A DNA stretch of 64,000 nucleotides from Spirochaetia bacterium (GTDB lineage Bacteria > Spirochaetota > Spirochaetia > SZUA-6 > Bin103). The notes under the pieces are model-generated. The model saw only the letters and a list, made by a program, of their open reading frames with translations, searched no databases and was not told the DNA's origin. Positions within the stretch are counted from its first letter, which is position 1. The number at the start of each line of letters is the position of its first letter. The translations under genes and the position numbers were made by a program. Shown here piece by piece: positions 39,176-47,217 of the stretch. The stretch is taken from assembly GCA_965243555.1 (NCBI GenBank), contig OZ251575.1, positions 3,269,007 through 3,333,006 of the forward strand. Direction: 5' to 3'.

Positions 39176-39717
39176 ACTTCGAGGAGTTTGAAGATATTGT
39201 CGTCAACCTGATCGCGCTGCATGATGGCGGTGAATTGGTCGGGAGGGCTCGGCTGCAGTGGGAAGCGTATCTCTTGCACCGCAGCGGAGCGAATTTTGAT
39301 CTGCCGGACCCGTTCACCTATCACGACTATGGGCCGTACTCCGGTGCCCTCGTCTACGGGCTGCTTGACGCCCGCGCCAACGACCGGATCGAGATCGAGG
39401 AAGCGCTCGGGCGCTACGCAATCCGTTATGAGATCTTCCGATTGAAGGGAGACCGGGACGGACATGGTGACCTCGGCGACCTGCCGGCCGGCCATGCCCG
39501 GCCGCTGGTGCGGGAGCTGCAGGAGGTCTCCGACCTCGTCCTGGAGCTGGCCGCGGCCATCGTCTTTCTGCGCGAAGAGTGGGGCTACGGACCTGACGCG
39601 GAGGCCGAGACGGCGGTGCGCAAGCCGCTCAAGGCGACGGAGGAACGCATGGGGAAGGCGCTCGATCTGCTAAGCAAACTCGGTCTGCGGCGCGAGGCGG
39701 GCGCAGTTACCGCCTGA
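39172..39717 (+). CDS. Small protein with DUF4065/Panacea-like core, translationally coupled to the HD gene
   Basis: GTG 39172 overlaps the HD stop (GTGA), and a strong SD AAGGAGGTGA lies 6 nt upstream. 'RLQWEAYLL...FTYHDYGPYSGALVYGL' resembles the DUF4065 core 'KLQKLLY...W.YGPV....Y'. Family call from memory. Confidence 0.45.
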   Translation: MNFEEFEDIVVNLIALHDGGELVGRARLQWEAYLLHRSGANFDLPDPFTYHDYGPYSGALVYGLLDARANDRIEIEEALGRYAIRYEIFRLKGDRDGHGDLGDLPAGHARPLVRELQEVSDLVLELAAAIVFLREEWGYGPDAEAETAVRKPLKATEERMGKALDLLSKLGLRREAGAVTA

Positions 39718-39812
39718 ATCACGCGCAGGGACCTCGCGCGGCGCCCCCGGGCGCGGGGACGGAACCCGGCGCAACGCCGCCGCCGCCGCAGCGGCAGCAG
39801 TAGCGGGTCTGC

Positions 39813-39841
39813 TTGCTCGGTAGGGAACGGCGCCCTATACT
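39813..39841 (+). promoter_or_regulatory. Likely sigma70-type promoter of gltA (TTGCTC - 17 nt - TATACT)
   Basis: -35 at 39813-39818 and -10 at 39836-39841, with the ATG at 39857, so the leader is short. Confidence 0.45.
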
Positions 39842-39856
39842 TGTAGTGGACTATTC

Positions 39857-41152
39857 ATGAACGACAGGGACGCGGCGCGGATCTCGATCCGGGGGGCCGA
39901 CTACAGGTTGCCGTTGGTATGCGGCAGCGAGGGCGAGATTGCGGTGGACGTTTCGCGGTTGCGCAGTGAGGCGGGGGTAACCACGATCGATCCCGGGTAC
40001 GGCAACACCGCGGCGTGCCGTAGCGGCGTCACCTTCATTGACGGTGAGCGCGGCATTTTGCGTTACCGTGGCGTGCCGATCGAGCAGCTTGCCGAGCACA
40101 GCACCTTTCTGGAGGCGGCGTGGCTGCTGATGGAGGGCGAGCTGCCGAGCCGGGAGCAACTCGCCGCCTTCATTGACCACATCACCCACCACACCATGAT
40201 CCACGAGGACGTGAAGCGGTTCTACGCCGGGTTCCCGCACCAGGCCCACCCCATGGCCATCACCGGCGCCGTGGTCGGCGCGCTCTCCACCTTCTATCCC
40301 GACTCGATGGAGGTGACCGACGACCGCGAGATGGAAATCGCCATCCACCGGCTCATCGCCAAGGTGCCGACCATCGTCGCCTACTCCTACAAGCACTCCA
40401 ACGGCCAGCCGTTCATGTCGCCGCTCAACAAGCTCGACTACGCCTCCAACTTCCTGCACATGATGTTCGCCACGCCGGCGGAGGAGTACGTGGTCGATCC
40501 GGTGGTGGCGCGCACCATGGACCTGATCTTCCTGCTGCACGCCGACCACGAGCAGAACTGCTCGGCGAGCACGGTGCGCATGGTGGGCAGCTCACAGGCC
40601 AACCTGTTCTCTGCCATCTCGGCCGGCGTGCACGCCCTGTGGGGGCCGCTGCACGGCGGCGCCAACCAGGCGGTGGTGGAAATGCTGCAGCAGATCCTGG
40701 CCACCGGCGACGACGGCCGCCAGTTCCTGGACAAGGTCAAGAACAAGCGCGCCGGCACGCGGCTCATGGGCTTCGGCCACCGCGTGTACAAGAACTTCGA
40801 CCCGCGCGCCACCATCATCAAGCGCGCCTGTTTCGAGGTGCTGGAACGGCTCAACGTCGCCAACCCGCTGCTCGACCTGGCGGTGCAGCTCGAGGAGACC
40901 GCCTTGCGCGACGAATACTTCATCTCCCGCAAGCTCTATCCCAACGTCGACTTCTACTCCGGCATCATCCTGCAGGCGCTCGGCGTACCGGTGAACATGT
41001 TCACCACCCTGTTCGCCATCGGCCGCCTGCCGGGCTGGATTGCCCACTGGGTGGAGATGATCCACGATCCCGACACCAAGATCGCCCGCCCGCGCCAGAT
41101 CTACACCGGCGCCCGGGAACGCCCCTACGTTCCCATGGAGCAGCGCGCCTAA
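39857..41152 (+). CDS. gltA: Citrate synthase
   Basis: 'GFGHRVYKNFDPRA', 'LHADHEQNCSASTVR' and 'NVDFYSGII' are citrate synthase signatures; 431 aa. Confidence 0.95.
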   Translation: MNDRDAARISIRGADYRLPLVCGSEGEIAVDVSRLRSEAGVTTIDPGYGNTAACRSGVTFIDGERGILRYRGVPIEQLAEHSTFLEAAWLLMEGELPSREQLAAFIDHITHHTMIHEDVKRFYAGFPHQAHPMAITGAVVGALSTFYPDSMEVTDDREMEIAIHRLIAKVPTIVAYSYKHSNGQPFMSPLNKLDYASNFLHMMFATPAEEYVVDPVVARTMDLIFLLHADHEQNCSASTVRMVGSSQANLFSAISAGVHALWGPLHGGANQAVVEMLQQILATGDDGRQFLDKVKNKRAGTRLMGFGHRVYKNFDPRATIIKRACFEVLERLNVANPLLDLAVQLEETALRDEYFISRKLYPNVDFYSGIILQALGVPVNMFTTLFAIGRLPGWIAHWVEMIHDPDTKIARPRQIYTGARERPYVPMEQRA

Positions 41153-41715
41153 CGGCTTGCCGGCGGCGGCGGCTCCTGCTGCCGGTCGAGGTGGACGCGG
41201 CTGCCGACCGCGCCCGGCTGGTGCTGGTACTTGCCGCGGTAGGGGTGGGCCGTGCTGCGGTCCAGTTGCGCGAACACGATTTGGCAGATGCGCCGCCCGG
41301 CGCGCAGCCGAATGGGCAGGCGGTTGGCGTTGAACAGCTCCAAGGTGAGGATGCCGTCGAAGCCGGGGTCCACCCAGCCGGCATTCTGAATGAACAGGCC
41401 GAGGCGCCCGATCGAGCTGCGGCCCTCCACGAACGCGGTGACGTTGCGCGGCAGCCTGATGCGCTCGCGGGTCTCGGCGAGCAGAAACGAGAGCGGCGGA
41501 ATCACGATCTCGCCGCTCGTGCCGGTGCGCAGCTCGGTGTAGCGCAGCTCGGTATCCAGGGTGATGCGGTCGACGGCGTTCTCGTCCACCTTGAGGAAGT
41601 GGTCGCCCAGGGTGAGGTCGATGGAGGCGGGCTGTAGCTGATCCGGCGCCAGCGGCTCCACCACCACCTCGCCGCGGTCCATCAGCTCCCGCAGGGTCTC
41701 CTGCGAAACGATCAC
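41149..41715 (-). CDS. dcd: dCTP deaminase
   Basis: 188 aa with GTG start. 'LQPASIDLTLG' and 'NAGWVDPGFDGILTLEL' are the canonical Dcd pattern. Confidence 0.9.
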   Translation of the reverse strand: MIVSQETLRELMDRGEVVVEPLAPDQLQPASIDLTLGDHFLKVDENAVDRITLDTELRYTELRTGTSGEIVIPPLSFLLAETRERIRLPRNVTAFVEGRSSIGRLGLFIQNAGWVDPGFDGILTLELFNANRLPIRLRAGRRICQIVFAQLDRSTAHPYRGKYQHQPGAVGSRVHLDRQQEPPPPASR

Positions 41716-41727
41716 GCCGTACTCACT

Positions 41728-41800
41728 TGGAGGATAGGGGACTCGAACCCCTGACCTATTGATTGCGAACCAATCGCTCTACCACCTGAGCTAATCCCCC
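41728..41800 (-). tRNA. tRNA-Ala (anticodon CGC)
   Basis: The minus strand reads GGGGGATTAGCTCAGGTGGTAGAGCGATTGGTTCGCAATCAATAGGTCAGGGGTTCGAGTCCCCTATCCTCCA. It folds as a cloverleaf with the G3:U70 Ala identity pair and anticodon loop TTCGCAA. CCA is not encoded. Confidence 0.9.
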
Positions 41801-41888
41801 GGTTGCGGGCCCACGCCGCGCGGCGGCCCGGACACCCCGTACAATATGCCAAAGATCGCGCGCGACGGCCATACTATACTACGACGGC

Positions 41889-43940
41889 ATGGGTGTTGGC
41901 GACACGGCAACGGTGGCCGAGCAGCCGGCCCGGCCGGACCTGCCGCGCATGGTGCGCGACCTGCCGCGCGCGCCCGGCGTCTACCTGCTCAAGGACCGCC
42001 GTGGCCAAGTGCTGTACGTGGGCAAGTCCAAGAACCTGCGCGCCCGGGTCGGCACCTACTTCAACGCCGCCGGCCCCGGCGCGGCACGCGATATCAAGAC
42101 CCTCGTGCTGGTGAGCAAGGTGGCGGACTTCGAGGTGATCGTGACCCACAGCGAGTTCGAGGCGCTGCTGCTGGAGAACTCGCTCATCAAGGACCGCGCT
42201 CCGCGCTACAACGTAAATCTCAAGGATGGCAAGTCCTATCCCGTCATCCGCCTCACCAACGAGGAGTACCCGAAGGTGTTCCGCACCCGCACCATCGTCC
42301 TCGACGGCTCCGAGTACTTCGGCCCCTTTCCCAAGGTCAACCAGATCGACGTCTACCTCAACCTGATCGACAAGCTGTTTCCGTTGCGCAAGCGCGGTGA
42401 GGTGTTCAAGCGCCGCGACCAGCCCTGCCTGAACCATCACATCGGGCGTTGCGCGGCGCCCTGCGTGGGCCGCATCGAGGCGCCGGCCTACCGGCGGCGG
42501 GTCGCCGCGGTGCGCAAGCTGCTTACCGGCAACAGCGCCGACCTGATCCGCGAGCTGCGTACCCTGATGTTGCAGGACGCGGCCGCGTTGCGCTTCGAGC
42601 GCGCCGCCGAGTACCGCGATCAGATTCGCGCCATCGGCGAGGTGGTCGACAGCCAGCAGGACGTGGTGGACTTCTCGCGCGAGGCGCGCGACTACGTGGG
42701 CTGCCATCAGGACGGCGCTCACCACACCATCACCCTGCTGCCAATCCGGCACGGCAAGTTGCTGGGCAAGGAGCGCTTCCGGCTCACCGATCCGGCGCCG
42801 CCGGAGGAGGTGCTGCCCAGCTTCCTGCTGCAGTACTACGCCGGCCTGCAGACGCGCCCGCGCAGCGTGTTCCTGCGCCTGCCCGCGGGCGCCGCGGATC
42901 TGCTGCAGCGCGCCCTTGACCGCACCGTGCTCGGCGCCGAGGCGGGCGCCGGCGTCGGAGCGGAGGCCGGCGCAGAAACGGAGGCGGACGCGGAGTCCGG
43001 GGCGGGCGCGGAAGCGGCACCTGCCGTAGCGTCGGAGGAGGCGCCGCCGGGCGCCGCGCGCGCGCCGCGCCGCGGCCGGCGCCCGGCGCGGCTGGTGGTA
43101 AAGGTGCCGCAGCGTGGCAAGCACGTCCGCTTCCTGCGCCTGGCGGAACACAACGCGCGCGTGGACTGGGACACCGGCAAACAGCAGCGCGCCGACCGCG
43201 ACGCGAAGCTGCGCGCCCTGGAAGCGCTGCGCGAGGCGCTGCACCTGGATGCGCTGCCGCGCCGCATCGAGGCGTTCGACATCTCCCATCTGCAGGGCCG
43301 CGACACGGTGGCCTCGCTGGTGGTGTTCGTGGACGGGCACCCGGAAAAACAGTCGTACCGCCACTTCAAGCTGCGCACCCTGGGCGGCCAGGTGGACGAC
43401 TTCGCGGCCATGCGCGAGGTGATCGCGCGGCGCTACACCCGCGCCATCAACGACAACCGCGCGCTGCCCGACCTGGTGCTGGTGGACGGCGGCAAGGGCC
43501 AGGTCAGCGCCGCGGTGGGCATCCTGCGCGCGCTCGAACTGGACCACCTGCCGGTCGCCGGACTGGCCAAGCGGAACGAGGAGATCTTCCTGCCGGGGCG
43601 ATCCCAACCGGTAATCCTGCCGGCCGCGTCGCCGGCGTTGCGCGTGCTGCAGGGCGCCCGTGACGAGTCGCACCGCTTCGCCACCGGCTTCAACCGCCGC
43701 CTGCGCAGCAAGCGGGTCGCGCCGGCGCTGCTGGAGTCGGTGCCCGGTATCGGCCGCGCCCGCAGCCGGCGCCTGCTGGAGGTGTTCGGCTCAGTGGAGG
43801 CGATCCTGGCCGCGTCGCCGGAGACCATCGCCTCCCGCGCCGGCATCACACGCGAAACTGCCGCCACGCTCCTCGCCCGCCTCGCGCAACAACATGATAG
43901 AGCAGGAGCTGCAGCAGCGGCTCCGTCAACTCCTGACTGA
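41889..43940 (+). CDS. uvrC: Excinuclease ABC subunit C
   Basis: GIY-YIG 'PGVYLLKDRRGQVLYVGKSKNLRARV', UVR domain, endonuclease V-like region and C-terminal (HhH)2. Contains an Ala/Glu/Gly-rich linker insertion. Confidence 0.95.
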   Translation: MGVGDTATVAEQPARPDLPRMVRDLPRAPGVYLLKDRRGQVLYVGKSKNLRARVGTYFNAAGPGAARDIKTLVLVSKVADFEVIVTHSEFEALLLENSLIKDRAPRYNVNLKDGKSYPVIRLTNEEYPKVFRTRTIVLDGSEYFGPFPKVNQIDVYLNLIDKLFPLRKRGEVFKRRDQPCLNHHIGRCAAPCVGRIEAPAYRRRVAAVRKLLTGNSADLIRELRTLMLQDAAALRFERAAEYRDQIRAIGEVVDSQQDVVDFSREARDYVGCHQDGAHHTITLLPIRHGKLLGKERFRLTDPAPPEEVLPSFLLQYYAGLQTRPRSVFLRLPAGAADLLQRALDRTVLGAEAGAGVGAEAGAETEADAESGAGAEAAPAVASEEAPPGAARAPRRGRRPARLVVKVPQRGKHVRFLRLAEHNARVDWDTGKQQRADRDAKLRALEALREALHLDALPRRIEAFDISHLQGRDTVASLVVFVDGHPEKQSYRHFKLRTLGGQVDDFAAMREVIARRYTRAINDNRALPDLVLVDGGKGQVSAAVGILRALELDHLPVAGLAKRNEEIFLPGRSQPVILPAASPALRVLQGARDESHRFATGFNRRLRSKRVAPALLESVPGIGRARSRRLLEVFGSVEAILAASPETIASRAGITRETAATLLARLAQQHDRAGAAAAAPSTPD

Positions 43941-44976
43941 GCAGGCGGGCGCGGGTGTCGAACTCGACCAGCAGGCGGTAGATCGGCTCCATCTCCGCGT
44001 CCGGATAGCGGCGATGCGCCTCCCGGTAGGTGCTCTGCAGGCGCTTGCCGGTAATGCGCAGTTTTTGCATGGCGGCCGCCTCGCCGGTGCGCCCGGCCAG
44101 CAGCTCCTTGAGTTGGGTCAGACGCTGAAACTGACTCAACAGCACGCCGATAATCTGCACCGCGTCGCCGCGCCGCGACAGCAGCAGGGTGGTCACCGTC
44201 TCCAGGCAGCCTTGCAGGTCGCGCTCCGCCACCCGGTCGAACAGCGAGAACACGGTCTCTTCCTTGCTATGGTACAGGAACTGGTCGATGTCGGGCGCCG
44301 AAATGGAGGCTCCGGCGCCGAAGAAGCTCGCCAGGCTGCCGCATAGCGCCTCCAGCGAGGCCACGTCGGCGGGCACCAGTTCCAGGATCAGGTCGCAGGC
44401 CGCGGCGTCGATGCGGATGTCGCGGCTGCGGAAGAAGTGCAGCAGCCAGCCCTGCTTCTCGCTGTCGAACATCTCCCAGAAGATGCGGGTGCGTTCCTTG
44501 CTCACGGCGCGGGTGAGGGCGGCCGGCAGGTCGCGCGCCATGCCGTTGGCGGTCAGGATCAGGGTACTGGCCGGGGCCGGGTCCTGGCAGTAGGCGGCCA
44601 GCGCCGTGAGCTGGTTCCCGGCGCGCAGATCCTGCGCCTCCTGCAGCAATACGACCTGGTGGGTGACGAACAGGCCCGGCGTGCTCATGGTCGCCACCAG
44701 ATCGATCAGGTCGCTGTCGTAGGGGAAGGCGCGCAGCACCTCGACGTTGCCGTGGCGCGCCTCCGCGGCGGCCACGATCTGCTCCACGAAGGCGCGCTTG
44801 CGGCCCGCCTCCGGGCCGAGCAGCAGGTGGACCCCGCCGCTCAGATTCCCGCCGCGGCGCGCCGGCGCGGCGGCGCGCGTCCGGCTGCCGCGCGCGCCTG
44901 CCCCGCGCGCCGTTGCCCCGCGTGCCCCGGTACCGCGCACGCCGGTGCCGCGCCCCCGGCGCCGTTCGGTCGCCAT
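43846..44976 (-). CDS. holA: DNA polymerase III subunit delta
   Basis: 'VHLLLGPEAGRKRAFVEQI...FPYDSDLIDLVATMSTPGLF..HQVVLLQEAQDL' is HolA-like. The N-terminal ~45 aa are an Arg/Gly-rich extension. The ATG overlaps the lexA stop (ATGA). Confidence 0.8.
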   Translation of the reverse strand: MATERRRGRGTGVRGTGARGATARGAGARGSRTRAAAPARRGGNLSGGVHLLLGPEAGRKRAFVEQIVAAAEARHGNVEVLRAFPYDSDLIDLVATMSTPGLFVTHQVVLLQEAQDLRAGNQLTALAAYCQDPAPASTLILTANGMARDLPAALTRAVSKERTRIFWEMFDSEKQGWLLHFFRSRDIRIDAAACDLILELVPADVASLEALCGSLASFFGAGASISAPDIDQFLYHSKEETVFSLFDRVAERDLQGCLETVTTLLLSRRGDAVQIIGVLLSQFQRLTQLKELLAGRTGEAAAMQKLRITGKRLQSTYREAHRRYPDAEMEPIYRLLVEFDTRARLLSQELTEPLLQLLLYHVVARGGRGAWRQFRV

Positions 44977-45587
44977 CAGTAGGTCCGCTGCACCAGCCGC
45001 AGCGTGCCGAGGATGCGCAGATTGCGGGTAAAGATCGTCCGAAAGGCCGGGTTCCGGTTGGCGGGCTGCAGCCGGACCCGGTTGGCTTCCCGGAAGAACC
45101 GCTTCAAGGTCGCCTCCTGGTCGATCATCACGGCCACGATGTTACCGTTGTTGGCGTCCTGCTGGCGCCGCAGAACGGCCACGTCTCCGTCGAGGATGCC
45201 GGCCTCCTGCATGCTTTCTCCCCGCACGCGCAACGCGAAGTGTTCCCCGGATCCCAGCAGCGTGGCGGGCACTTCCACCGTCCCCTCGAAGTTCTCCTCC
45301 GCCAGCACCGGAGCGCCCGCCGCCACGGCGCCGAGCAGGGGTACGCGCACCAGCTCCCGCGGCGGTTCCGGAGTGCCGCTGTCGAGCACCTCGATGGCCC
45401 GCGACCGCCCCTCGCCGCCGCGAATAAAGCCCTTCTTGCCCAGCGCCTTGAGGTGATCGGACGCGCCGCGGACGGAAATCGCAAAGTGACCGGCGAGCTC
45501 GCGCACCGTCGGCGGATACTTGCGCCGGCCGATGAACCCGTTGATGAACTCCAGCACCTCGCGCTGGCGCAGCGTCAGCCCTTGCAC
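44976..45587 (-). CDS. lexA: LexA repressor
   Basis: wHTH 'LTLRQREVLEFI...PTVRELA', cleavage site 'VAAGAP', and catalytic 'GESM' and 'ATLKRF'. GTG start. Confidence 0.9.
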   Translation of the reverse strand: MQGLTLRQREVLEFINGFIGRRKYPPTVRELAGHFAISVRGASDHLKALGKKGFIRGGEGRSRAIEVLDSGTPEPPRELVRVPLLGAVAAGAPVLAEENFEGTVEVPATLLGSGEHFALRVRGESMQEAGILDGDVAVLRRQQDANNGNIVAVMIDQEATLKRFFREANRVRLQPANRNPAFRTIFTRNLRILGTLRLVQRTY

Positions 45588-45859
45588 TACGCCTCCTGAT
45601 CTTCGAAGCGGCGCGCGAACAGATCGGTCAGCGCGGCCACCGCGGCGCCTTCGTCGGCGCCGTCGGCAATGATCTTGACCGTGGTCTGATAGGTCGCTCC
45701 CAACGTGATGATGCCCATGATCGACTTGCCGTTGACCCGTTCGCCGTCGCTTTCCAGAAAAACGTCACAGGAAAAGGCGCTGGCAGTCTGTACCAGCTTG
45801 GCCGCCGGCCGGGCGTGGATGCCTGCCCGGTTGATGATGCGAACTTCGCGCTCGATCAG
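45587..45859 (-). CDS. ptsH: Phosphocarrier protein HPr (not in the supplied ORF track; probable CTG start)
   Basis: Manual translation gives (L/M)IEREVRIINRAGIHARPAAKLVQTASAFSCDVFLESDGERVNGKSIMGIITLGATYQTTVKIIADGADEGAAVAALTDLFARRFEDQEA*. With CTG 45857-45859 as codon 1, His15 and Ser46 fall at the canonical positions. GGAG lies ~10 nt upstream. There is no in-frame ATG/GTG/TTG after the upstream stop. Confidence 0.8.
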   Translation of the reverse strand: MIEREVRIINRAGIHARPAAKLVQTASAFSCDVFLESDGERVNGKSIMGIITLGATYQTTVKIIADGADEGAAVAALTDLFARRFEDQEA

Positions 45860-45863
45860 TGTC

Positions 45864-46838
45864 TTACCACTCCTCTATGGTGACGGCCCGCGGCCGGCCG
45901 CCGTCCGTCCGGCGGGCGCCGCCGTGGTTGAACTCGGCCGCCGCGTGATAGCCCATGTACTTGAGCCGTTCGTTCATCGCCGCGGTCTCGATCAGGATCC
46001 AGATCGGGCGCCCGGGCCGCACCGGAATCAGCACCTCGCGCACGCCCACGCCGAGATACTCCACGCTGTGCTCGTCGAGTCCCAGCCGGTCGTAATCGGT
46101 GGCCGGGTTCCAGTCCTCCAGCCGCACCACGAGTTGCACGTTCTTGGATTCCAGGACCGCGCCCACCCCGAACAGATAGGAGATGTTGATGATGCCCAGA
46201 CCGCGGATCTCCATGTGGTGAGGGCTGGCATCGCGCGGCCCGCGGCCGTGCAGCGCGTTCCCCACCAGGCGCAGCTCTACCAGGTCGTCGGCCACCAGCC
46301 GGTGGCCGCGCTCCACCAGCGCCAGCGCGGCTTCGCTCTTGCCTACGCCGCTGGGGCCCACGATCAGCACGCCCATGCCGAACACCTCCAGCATCACGCC
46401 GTGCTCCTGCGCCGCCGGGGCGAACATGAGCGCCAGATTGCGCACCACGCGCGAGGTGAAGTCAGCGGTGCTCAACGGCGTCTGCAACACCGCCCGCCCC
46501 GCCTCCTCGGACAGGCGCAGGAAGTCCTCCGTAGGGTCGATGCCATGCGTAAATACGCTGCAGGGAAGGTCATAGCAAAACATCTCGCGCAACGGTTCGG
46601 TGCCGCCCTCGGCGGCGAGCTTCAACAGGTAGGCGCTCTCGCCGCGCCCGAACACCTGCAGGCGCTGGTAGGCGAAGTTGTCGAAGAAGCCGCCGAGGGC
46701 GAGCCCGGGCCGGTTCAGCTCCGCGCCGTGCAGCAGCGCCGTGAGCCCGCGGCGGCCGCCGACGCAACGCAACTCCAGCGGCTCGTGCTCCCTGGGGTCG
46801 AGTTGGAGCAGGTCGAGAACGGTAATCCGGTGCGCCAT
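45864..46838 (-). CDS. hprK: HPr kinase/phosphorylase
   Basis: Walker A 'GVLIVGPSGVGKSEAALALVERGHRLVADD' and 'EIRGLGIINI' are HprK signatures. Confidence 0.95.
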   Translation of the reverse strand: MAHRITVLDLLQLDPREHEPLELRCVGGRRGLTALLHGAELNRPGLALGGFFDNFAYQRLQVFGRGESAYLLKLAAEGGTEPLREMFCYDLPCSVFTHGIDPTEDFLRLSEEAGRAVLQTPLSTADFTSRVVRNLALMFAPAAQEHGVMLEVFGMGVLIVGPSGVGKSEAALALVERGHRLVADDLVELRLVGNALHGRGPRDASPHHMEIRGLGIINISYLFGVGAVLESKNVQLVVRLEDWNPATDYDRLGLDEHSVEYLGVGVREVLIPVRPGRPIWILIETAAMNERLKYMGYHAAAEFNHGGARRTDGGRPRAVTIEEW

Positions 46839-46864
46839 TCCGCCGCGCGCGCCGCGTTCGCCGC

Positions 46865-47206
46865 TTAGCCGCGCGACGCGGCGCGGTGCGGATCGCCGTG
46901 CGAGGTAATCCGGCTCTTTTCCTTGGTAACCTTGGCGTGGACCTTGTCGAACAGCCGGTCAACGGCCTCGATCAGTTCGTAACTGCTCGCCTTGAGATGG
47001 GTGATTGCGCCCCACCTGAAGTGCAGCGACGCCTCGGCGTGGAACAGGTTGCGCTCCCGGGTGAGGGTCACGCCCAGATCCACCAGGTAGTCGCGCGCAA
47101 AGGCGAGCCGCTGCACGCCCCGGTCGAGATGCTGGCGCGGCTGCTCGCCGAGCTCGAAGTGAACCGCTTTTACTTGAAGCTGCATCGTTGGTTGCTCCTG
47201 GGTCAT
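46865..47206 (-). CDS. hpf: Ribosome hibernation promoting factor (short HPF/RaiA type)
   Basis: ~105-113 aa immediately downstream of rpoN. 'MQLQVKAVHFELGEQPRQHLDRGVQRL' is HPF-like. The start may be the internal ATG at 47185. Confidence 0.85.
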   Translation of the reverse strand: MTQEQPTMQLQVKAVHFELGEQPRQHLDRGVQRLAFARDYLVDLGVTLTRERNLFHAEASLHFRWGAITHLKASSYELIEAVDRLFDKVHAKVTKEKSRITSHGDPHRAASRG

Positions 47207-47217
47207 CAGAATTTGTC

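Noticed and set aside
41149-41715. dCTP deaminase as a phage-defence (dCTP-depletion) gene
   Set aside because: It has standard housekeeping Dcd length (188 aa) and motifs with no extra kinase-like or N-terminal domain. Its GC matches the backbone, and it is flanked by gltA and a tRNA, which is consistent with the core dcd gene.
41728-41800. tRNA-Ala as an integration site for a genomic island
   Set aside because: There is no integrase, no direct repeat of the tRNA 3' end, and no compositional shift next to it. dcd and uvrC flank it directly.
42930-43090. GAG/GCG-rich low-complexity stretch inside uvrC considered as a separate repeat element or insertion
   Set aside because: It is in frame and encodes an Ala/Glu/Gly linker between conserved UvrC domains, a position where UvrC proteins commonly vary. 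It is not an independent feature.
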